In this document: in pieces, positions 52,883 through 64,000 of the stretch
Layout of the letters: each line of letters opens with the position of its first letter
How positions within the stretch are numbered: position 1 is the stretch's first letter
NCBI GenBank assembly: GCA_964016885.1
Contig: OZ024742.1
Span: forward strand, 225,618,001-225,682,000
Reading direction: 5' to 3'
Length of the DNA stretch: 64,000 bases
DNA from: Eledone cirrhosa
Taxonomy: Eukaryota
Notes under the pieces: generated by a model
The model's database searches: none
Told to the model about the DNA's origin: nothing
What the model saw: only the letters and a program-made list of their open reading frames with translations
Made by a program: the position numbers and the translations under genes

Positions 52883-52886
<4 letters not shown>
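52146..52886 (-). mobile_element. 5'-truncated RTE LINE with an internal tandem duplication of about 113 bp in the 3' UTR
   Basis: RRLRWYGHVMRM...GRPRKTW. Confidence 0.88.
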
Positions 52887-52935
<49 letters not shown>

Positions 52936-52974
52936 TATATACATGTATATACATATATATATATATACATATAT

Positions 52975-53566
52975 ATATGAAAGACGTAAAATAAGAAAAT
53001 TTTAAAAATTAAAAATTAACTTACTTACTAAAATTTTCACTCCAACTAATTAGTTTCTGTAATGGGATAAATATAGTTACACAATGTAACTATCGAGAAT
53101 TCATTACGTCATCAGGGAGTCTATTCTCAGCTAAGTTCCCAGGCAATGCGCGGACACTAGGAACCCATATAAAAATAATAATTCAGTGGATGTAATAAGG
53201 TAGCGGGGACTAAATTCCATAGCACTGAAAAAGTTCACTGCCTCTGGTCAGTGGTGCATTCTAAAGAATCAATCACGTGACACTGAGGTTAGTCAGTAGG
53301 AGTGGGGTGGTATTATGACAAGAGCCTACTATTACTACAATGAATTAGCAGTAGATTTGGCAAGTTTGCTCAACAAATAATTTGGAGATAAATATAGAGA
53401 ATTAATACATCTACCAACATATGCGTACAGATGTACACTAACGCTAGTAAATATATAAGTTATGTCAAAGTAGCTAGGTGGTTCAATGCAGGGGGATGCA
53501 GAACAATTATATGAAAGACGTAAAATAAGAAAATTTTAAAAATTAAAAATTAACTTACTTACTAAA

Positions 53567-53569
<3 letters not shown>
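52975..53569 (-). mobile_element. Penelope-like (pseudo-LTR) non-autonomous fragment in (TA)n
   Basis: Direct terminal repeat of about 61 bp (52975-53035 and 53508-53569); hammerhead next to the first copy. Confidence 0.7.
53039..53120 (-). ncRNA. Type I hammerhead ribozyme motif with a long stem II
   Basis: Minus strand: ACUCC-CUGAUGA-cGUAAU...AUUACa-GAAA-CUAAUUAG-UU|GGAGU. Confidence 0.78.
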
Positions 53570-55227
<1,658 letters not shown>

Positions 55228-55271
55228 ATATATATATATATATATATAAAATAAATAAAATAACAGATTAA

Positions 55272-55322
55272 AGTTTAAGCGAAGAATTGCTGCTTTCACC
55301 CTTAACGGGATCTTCTGAAACT
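55272..55322 (-). ncRNA. Degenerate hammerhead-like motif (core CAGAAGA instead of CUGANGA)
   Basis: Minus strand: AGUUU-CAGAAGA-uCCC..GGGu-GAAA-GC..GC-UU|AAACU. Confidence 0.45.
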
Positions 55323-55797
55323 AAAAAAAATCAATCTGTGAACGCAGAGGTAAATATTTCGAAAAACGTTACACACTATATATATTTATATATATATACA
55401 CACACTATATACACACAGATAATGTCGTAATGCAGACAGCCAGACATACAAACATATATTATAAGGGCGTGGCGTTGTAGCTATGTATCTATCTAAAAAG
55501 ACAGACTAAGAATTATAGAGAGATCACTAAATCACCTAATGCAGTCCCTAGGGCATTGAAAATTTGAAATATCTTTTGCTCAAAACACTCACACGACAAT
55601 AAGTATTACAAGTGTAAAGTTTGAAAACAATCGGTTGGGTGGGAGTCAGACAGACATTCTCTGTTTTAGATGTATAGATGAAGTAATAATATTTTAGTTT
55701 GGGGTAAGCCAGTAAATTTGATAAAATTGCTATAAAATTGTTCATGTGTATTTCTGTATTTCTCTATATGTTATTTATTTTTGTTGTTTTCCTCTAG

Positions 55798-55872
55798 ATA
55801 ACTTTGACCTCAGTCACAAATTTGCCTTATTTCTCACTCGGCATTTTTCTGACAGTAGAATTGTCAATTCTG
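55798..55872 (+). CDS. RNF123: RNF123 exon 23 (NFDLSHKFALFLTRHFSDSRIVNS)
   Basis: AG/GT boundaries; HF-D-RIV motif. Confidence 0.92.
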
Positions 55873-56645
55873 GTAGGTTGAACATTTTCTTACTATATCT
55901 CTTTCATGTCTATTGTAAAAGGTTGTGGTCTAGTGGTTTGACTCTCAATCATAAGGTCATAGATTTAATTCTTGTACCAGGTGGCTTGTTGTGTACTTGA
56001 CACTTCATTTCATGTTCTTTTCATATGACTGGCGTCCCCATCATTAAAACACCTGAAAAAGCTCCTATGAGATGCAACCTCATTTAAGACCTGCTAAACC
56101 TGCATAGGTGTGAGTTGTAACAACATCATAAGCCTGGGGGCCCTATCATTAAAATACCCAAGAAATCTCCAATAAGGTACAATTTAGTAGGAGGCCAGCT
56201 AAACCTGCATAAGTATGAGCTGTAAATTTCATTTCATTTTGTAGTTTTCTCATTATTATGATGCTGTTTTGAACATAACTTAAAAATTCTTACATAGCAT
56301 TATGATGAAATGTTTTTAGATAAATATCGACACTTTAAAACAAACAGTTTTGTCTTCTAAGAACCAGGGGTGGTTTCAGGTTATTTGGTATCAATAAAGG
56401 TTAATAATATAACTAAGTTTCCCATTATTAAGTTAGTAATTGGAGTATAGCTTAAGAAAGGTTCTTACATAAAATTATGATAGGAGGTTTTTAGATAAAT
56501 AAAAACACTTTAAAACAAACATCTTAAGAACCAGAGATGGTTCAGTGTCAGAATGCTTAAACTGTTTTCTCTATAAACTATTTTGTTCTCTCTCTACACC
56601 AAAACTATGTTCTATTGTCTAGTTTCTTCTATTTCTATTCCACAG

Positions 56646-56733
56646 ATTTACGAGACAACATAACACAGGCTTTAGCATGTTTTGCTTGTTTTCCATATTC
56701 TCTTGAAGTCTTGGAAGATTTGCCTTTAGAAAG
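56646..56733 (+). CDS. RNF123: RNF123 exon 24 (LRDNITQALACFACFPYSL...)
   Basis: AG/GT boundaries, phase 1-2. Confidence 0.92.
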
Positions 56734-56902
56734 GTGGGTCTTTTATTTTAGATTATCATCATCATATTTTCATTTCTTATTTATTTAGAATGTTCCACAG
56801 ACATGTGTACAAATATCTAATTGTCAGAAAGATTCAGCATAACACAGTGGTAATTGGAAATAAATTGATGATAATGATGATATTTGTTTTGTTTTCTTCC
56901 AG

Positions 56903-56990
56903 TAAAAAGAACATGATGCATTACTTAACAGCACCGTATGATAACAGATCTTGGGCACAGACAAATTGGATCTTGGTCCGAATATGGAAG
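56903..56990 (+). CDS. RNF123: RNF123 exon 25 (...APYDNRSWAQTNWILVRIWK)
   Basis: AG/GT boundaries; strongly conserved motif. Confidence 0.95.
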
Positions 56991-57262
56991 GTTGGTTCGA
57001 AATATTTTTTCATACTTGCAATTCCTTCTGACAATAAATTAAAATGAATATTGATTATGCATTTGCGAGACGCGAGTTACGAGTCGGCATAGCCACTGAT
57101 CTTTCCATCTCTCTTAACTTTTGAAAATCATGAAACTTGTGAAACTGGTAAAGTTATAAGTTATTGTAAATAAACCTTCTTAAAGACTCCAATTGCATTT
57201 TCAAATTCTTTTTCCTATATTTTTACCCATGTCGGATTTATAAAAAAAAACCTTAGTTATAC

Positions 57263-57340
<78 letters not shown>

Positions 57341-57346
<6 letters not shown>

Positions 57347-57843
57347 TCATCATCATCATCGTTTAACGTCCATCTTCCACGCTTGCATGGGTTTGGACGG
57401 GAGTTTTCCCCACTGCTTGTATAGGACTGTCTGGCGGGTTTTCTACGGCTGGATGCCCTTCCTAACACCAACCACGTTTACAGTGTGGACTGGGAGGTTT
57501 TTACTGTGTTACCTACATGGCCACATTACAGCGTGGACTGTGTGTTTTTTTTTTTCATGACACCTACACAACCTCATTTATTTCGGAATGGATGTTGTGG
57601 TACCAACATAACTTTACATCGAAAGGGGTGGTGTGGTGGGGCGGGGGTGTATTTTTGTTAGAGGTGCCTACTGACTGTAGGTTTCGCTTTGTAATTAGGC
57701 AAGGCGGGTCTTCTGTATTACTGTGTAGCGCCAAAGATCTCGGTCCAGTGACATTGTCTTGGAGAGGTGTAAGTGTGTGAGGTCGGAATTTATCAAGTCG
57801 TTCCAGGTTTTTCTGGGTCTGCCTACTCCGTGGCTACCGTCTA
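57341..57843 (-). mobile_element. 5'-truncated RTE LINE 3' end
   Basis: GRPRKTW...DRDLWR plus the 3' UTR, next to (TA)n. Confidence 0.85.
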
Positions 57844-58401
57844 TATATATATATATCCACCCACACACATTCCTGGCAGCTGCAAACACAGCTCCCCCGT
57901 GAAGTGGTTGGTGATAGGAAGAGCATCCAGCTGTAGAAATCTTGCCAAATAAAGGGTTGAGAGGACCCTTAGTTGTGTCAAAGGCATGACAACCTCTCCA
58001 GAGCACTTGATGGAATGTGAGACTATACATAAGTGCACAGGCCCCTGGCCTTCTTGGGTGGTCAGTGGCTCCACTTCAGTACTGACTTGGTCTATATAGA
58101 CCTGTCCAACCCTTGCTAGCAAGGAAAGCAACATTAAAATGACAATGATGATGATGATAAGGATATATATATATCATGATGATGATATCATCATCATCAT
58201 CGTTTAGCGTTCATTTTTCCATGTTTGTATTGGTTAGACAGGTCATCCATGCCGGGAGGCAAGTCTGGCTAGAGTTAGCAACGCTGTACCTTGCTCTGAC
58301 AAGGACTGTAAATTTGGCTATATATTTTACAGCTGGATATATATATATATCTTTTGACATATTAAACTCCTCCATTCACTCAGTAATATATTATATTTCA
58401 G

Positions 58402-58492
58402 GGTTGCGGTTTTGGTTACAGATATACCCATTTACCTCATCTTGTTCCTTCCAAGCTACAGACAACTGAGCTAGGTGTAGCCAGCCTTCAAA
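58402..58492 (+). CDS. RNF123: RNF123 exon 26 (GCGFGYRYTHLPHL...SLQ)
   Basis: AG/GT boundaries; conserved motif. Confidence 0.95.
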
Positions 58493-59769
58493 GTAAGTCT
58501 ATTTATTTACCTTTATATTTCTCTATAGATATTTTAGATTTCAATAGTTATGTGGTTAAAAGTTAGCTTTGCAACCATGTGTTTTCAAATTCAGTCCCAC
58601 TGCATGGCACTTTAGACAACTGTCTTCTACTAATGCCTGGTCTTCGCATATACAGTGTCCATTGCTGGAATCGTGACTGGCTGACAATATCTGGTTTGAA
58701 CATCTGTGATCGCCATGCATGGGTAGCTTCTGTTCACAGTACTGTGGATAAACTGGTAGGAGCCAACATATATGTTGTCTACCATTGGAATCATGACTGG
58801 TTGACAATATTTTCACATTGGATGTCTATGGTTTCCATGCATGATTGGCCTGTATTCATGATGTTATAGATATGCTGGTTGGAGCTGGCTCACCCCATTC
58901 TGATTGAATGTTAACTTAAATACAAGTACAGTATATTGTTTACTCAGTGAGATACACTTGAGTAAATAGAGGTAGAGGTTGACATGTTGTCAGTAGTCCA
59001 ACACCTTATTTTCTCAGTCATTATATTTCATAACAAAAGGATTATGACCAAAATAGTCAATGAGAAATCTCCTACATGGTCACCACAATATCTACTGCAG
59101 TGATTCTGAATATAAGGTGTCGCCCTACAGGGGGAACAATTTTTCTAAATTTTACATTATATCTTTTTAACATCAAGCATGGTTTTATACTGAAGAGTAA
59201 GCATTAAATTTGTTGAGGTTTAGTAGTGAGGCATTAAGCAAAAAAGGCTTAGGACCCACTTATCTAATGTGTCCTTTCTTTATTTAACCCTTTTGATATC
59301 AAACTGCCTAAAGCTTATCTTAATTCTACAATACTAGGTTGTTTATTTTAAGAACCTTTATGTTCCATGCACCAGCTTAATAATAAGAAAGTTAGTTATA
59401 TTTCTAAATCCCTTCAAGTTCTTGATTGGTTTCAAAAGGATTTGAAAACTATAGGCAGTGTTTTTCATTAGAAATATGATGTTAAAAGGATTAAGTTATG
59501 CTCCAAACACCAGCTTCATACGAAGAAATTTAGTTATATTATTAATTCTCCTCAAATTTTGATTATTTTCAGAATGATTTGAATATTATAAGTAGTGTCT
59601 TTCATTAGAAATATAGTAACCAAATGGTTAAGGCAATAGGCTGTGATTTAGGGTGAATTTGGCTACTATTTTTATCAGGATTGGCAATCCTGTTGAGGCT
59701 CCTTTGTTATCTTGTAAAATTGATTTGTCTCGGTTATTTAAGGAGTTGATCTTTCATCTTATTTTTCAG

Positions 59770-59909
59770 AACCATGTCCTTCAAAAGTATTTCAAGATCT
59801 TTTATCTGAAATGTTAAAAGAAGACCGTGAGCGAGCCATCCGTTTTCTGGATACTATGCTCAGTCAACTGAACTGGTCTTTCTCAGAATTTATAGCAATT
59901 ATGCAACAG
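59770..59909 (+). CDS. RNF123: RNF123 exon 27 (PCPSKVFQ...QLNWSFSEFIAIMQQ)
   Basis: AG/GT boundaries; conserved motif. Confidence 0.95.
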
Positions 59910-61060
59910 GTAATATATTTTATTGTATTAAATATGCCAGAGACATCTTGTATCTATAAACTTATTTATATCACCATCATCATTATTTTGTCATGCATTT
60001 TATTGTAGCACCAACACAACCACTTTACAGAGTGTATTGCATATATTTTATTATTTCTCGCTGTAAGACGGGTACGGCGTGGCCAAGTCCTTCCTCATAA
60101 TGAAGCCATCCAGTCCCACATGGTAAATGTGGTTGGTGTTAGAAAGGGCATCCAGTCATAAAATACTAAGCCGAATTTACAGTCATCATTGGAGCAAGGT
60201 ACAGCATGGCCAGTTCTAGCCAGACTTGCCTCCCGGCGTGGACGACCCGTCTAACCCATGCAAGCATGGAAAAATGGACACTAAACGATGATGATGAACA
60301 CTACTACTTTATAAGGTGTACTAGGTACATTTTTTTTGTGGCACCAGCACTAGTCTGAACATAAGTTGATAGAGATGTTGAGCATCAAATTAAATGCCAT
60401 AGTATTTGTTCCAGTTCACTCCACTCTGAGTTCAAAACCCACTTGAGGTCAACTTTGCCCTTTCGTCCTTTAGGGTTGAATAAATGAATTACGATTGGAG
60501 AGCAATAAATTAGCAGAATTGTTAGATGTGATGTCTTGTGGTATCACTTTTGCTCCCTTTGTGTTTTGAAATCACCTACAACATCTCTCGTGCCAACTTG
60601 TATCAACCTTTGCCTTTCCATTGGTATTGTGGAGAGGGTAGATTTGTATACACGAGTGGTTATTGTTATTGCTATGCCATGGGCTCTTAATTTCTGAGTA
60701 AGTCATAGGGTCACCGTAGTGATATATAGCATGTATATAACATGGAGAACATCTCTCTCCTGGTCTGAATATAGCCAATTTCTTCCACAGAAAGAGCAAG
60801 GGAATAAGAAAGAGATATAGAGGAAGAATTTACTTCGGTACCAGACTGGTACTTTATTTTATTGACCTGAATAATGACAAAAGGCAAAGTGACTGGCAGG
60901 ATTTAAACTCATAGTGCAAAGAGCCAGAACACATACTTTAATCTATATTCTAATAATTTTGCTGAATCACCACTAGACTGCTGGTCTTGTGCAGGGAGTG
61001 GATATTTTATTTATTAAATCTAATTGAGTTACTACGTGTTTATTTTCCCTTCCATTTCAG

Positions 61061-61249
61061 ATCCAGCAAGTAGTCAGTAAAACTGAGCCATGGTTTATAG
61101 ATACACGTCAACTGAAGTTCTGTGCCACATGTTTCCAAATCACCATCTCTCTTCTCCGTGTCGTTGAGATGATTGTCTCCATATCACCAGAGTTCTTTAC
61201 AGATTATTCTAAGTCATCCAGTGAACTTCTACTCACCAGATTAATACAA
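61061..61249 (+). CDS. RNF123: RNF123 exon 28 (IQQVVS...RQLKFCATCF...LLTRLIQ)
   Basis: AG/GT boundaries, 63 codons. Confidence 0.95.
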
Positions 61250-63215
61250 GTAAGTTTGTCAGCATTTTGTTAGATCATCATCATCATCCTTAGCATAAAC
61301 ATCTGTTTTCCCTATTAGCAAAGGTTAGACAAGTCATCACAAACCAATCAGTTCTTGGGGACCACATCTCACTTACATACATTCCCTCACTTTACAGAGT
61401 GCAATGGGTGCATTTTATCATAGCACCAGTACTAGGAAAGCTGTCATGTCTTTGACACAACTGAAGAGTCTTTGCCTTTGTTTGACAAGTTTTCGTCAAC
61501 TGGATACCTTTCCTTTCACCAACCATTTTCAGAGTGTACTGGGTGCATTTTATTGTGTCACCAAAATTAAAGAGGTTGTTGTGCCTTTGATATAATTGAA
61601 GAGTCCTTAATTTTAAAAGATACTGAAAAGACGTAATTGGAATATGACCTTGTGGTTAAGGTGTTAGACTCATGATCATAAGACCGTGGGTTCTATTCTA
61701 GGACCAATCAGTGCACTGTATCCTTGAGAAATACATTTTTATGTTGCTGTTCATCATAGGAACAATAAGACTGGGACCCTCTATCATTAAAACACTGGAG
61801 AAACTTCATCTGGGATGTAACCACATAGTAAGCCACCTAAACCTCCATAAGTATGAGCTGAAACTTAATTTAACTGAGGTCCCCATCATTAAAACACCCC
61901 AAAATCCCTGGGATGTAACCTCATAAGGAGCCAGCTAAACCTGCATAGGTGAGGGCTGTAACAGTGTAATAAAACTGAGGCTCCTATAATTAAAACACCC
62001 AAGAAACCTCCTTTGAGATACAAACTTGAAGATGGCTGAGTTCAACCTGCACAAGCATGAGCTGTGAATTTCATTTTTCATTTCATCAAATGACTGGATG
62101 ATTCTCAAATATATACATACAAATGTTTATAAATACATACATATGCATGCATTTACACACATCAACAAGAAGCTTGTAAAGGCCATGTTTTTCCTCCTAA
62201 AGCACATGTTAACCTTGACAATATTTACGAAACAGTATTTTAGTCACCTCTTACAACACACAGAAATATATATCTATTCTAAACTGGATACACAACACAT
62301 ACATTTACACACATATACGCACATTTCCAAATTCAATTCAAATGACATTGGTCAACCTAAAGCTGTAATAGAAGACATTTGTCCAAAGTGCCACACAGTG
62401 GGACTGAACCCCAAACCACATGGTAGCTAAACAAACTCCTTAACCACACTATCATGCCTGCACCTATATAAATGACACATTTTATTGTATATTTATTCTT
62501 TGTAATGATTATGTAACAACGACAATGGTAGCAAGATTTTTAAGGTTAAACCAAATGTTAGTCTTGCAGGGCCTCATATCTTAGTCGTGTCTTTCTTATT
62601 CTTCCTCTTCCACTACTTCTACATTCATTTCCATCATTCTTCTCATCCCAGTTACTTTCATCATCATCATCATCATCATCATCACTGTTTTACATCCATT
62701 CCTTCACACTAGCATGGGTTAGACGGGTTGTCCTGTTGTGGGCGATGTTAGGTCGGATGACCTTGTCTTGCTCATACAGGAACTGATTTAGGCTTGATTT
62801 CTACAGTTGGATACCCTTCCTAACACCAACCTCATTTACAGTGAGTGCTGGGTGCTTTTTTTTCATGGTGCCTACATGACCACTTTACAGTGTGGGCTAG
62901 GTGCTTTTTTGTCATGACACCTCCACAACCGCTTTGCAGTGGGTGGGGATGGGGGCATATTGTCTATATGCTTTAGCTTTGGCTTGTTCCCGTGGTAAGT
63001 CAGGTCTTCTGTATTACTGCCTGACGCCAGAGGTCACTTTCATTTTTCTCAATACGTGACCCAACCATCTCATTCCATTTCTCTTCACAATATTCACCAC
63101 GGGCTTTATTCCCTTCATCGTCTGCAATTCCTTGTTTGCCTTCCTCTCACTCACCAATACTCTTATGCATCAGACTATTCTCATAATTATAAAGATATGT
63201 TCATTTATATTTTAG

Positions 63216-63291
63216 TTGTTGTGCCAAATACTAAATAGAATTGCAACCCGCAATGGCATGTTTGAAAATGTGATTTCATTGCCTTTACCAG
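63216..63291 (+). CDS. RNF123: RNF123 exon 29 (LLCQILNRIATRNGMFENVISLPLP)
   Basis: AG/GT boundaries; the gene continues past the window. Confidence 0.92.
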
Positions 63292-64000
63292 GTAAGATAT
63301 ATATCTATTTGTATTTTGTCATAGTGTGATATTGGATAGTAAAACCTTTTGATACCAACCCACATGAAACCACATCTGGTTATACATACAAAGCTGTTTG
63401 TTTTAAAGTGCTTATATTTATCTAAAAACCTTCCATTATAGTTTTATGTAAGAACCTTTGTTATATTCCAAACACCAGCTTAATAATAAGAAAGTTAGTT
63501 TATTACTAAATCCTTCCAAATTCTTGATGATTAACAAAATAATCTGAAAACCATAAGCAGTTTCTTTCATTAGAAATATTGTAATGGAAGGGTCAATAAT
63601 GTATTTAATATGTATTCTATATTCGGAGACTTGTCTGTCATTATTTTCATTACTATTAATATGCTATATTTATATACATGAGGCCTCCTTTCATCATGAC
63701 TGACCATGGGTTTGCACCTAGAAAATTCCTCTTTAAGCTGCATGCTTGGGTAACAGTCACATATGCATACCAATTTTCCCTCTCCATAACACCAATGTTG
63801 GCAAAGGCAAAAGCCAATACAGTTTGGTGCCAATGTTGTCACACAACTCATTTTTTCCATTTGAGTGGAATGGAGCAGTGGGAAATAAAGTGTCTTGCTC
63901 AAGGATACAGTATGCTACCTAGTCTGAGAATCAAATACACAACCATACAATCTTAACCCCCTAAGCCATGCGCATTCACATTATATGTTTCCAGGAGGAT

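Overview
AT-rich, repeat-dense eukaryotic DNA; the (TA)n tracts, tRNA-derived SINEs and RTE LINEs suggest an octopus or other cephalopod (inference). The whole window lies inside one + strand multi-exon gene, the E3 ubiquitin ligase RNF123/KPC1. I traced 29 internal coding exons (1874..63291, about 975 codons, all splice phases consistent) from the SPRY domain onward; the start codon and RING domain are outside the window. Two introns are minor-spliceosome (U12) type: one AT-AC (33838..34409) and one apparently AT-AT (16620..18310). The introns hold RTE LINE fragments, SINEs, hAT, piggyBac-like and Tc1/mariner elements, Helitrons and a solo LTR. The most unusual signal is a set of minimal type I hammerhead ribozyme motifs (three with intact core motifs, one degenerate, one truncated), most inside Penelope-like or retrozyme-like repeats at (TA)n tracts. 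One of them is sense to the RNF123 pre-mRNA and has an inverted copy nearby. One splice acceptor is triplicated by a 62-bp tandem repeat. Human RNF123 comparisons are from memory, not an alignment.
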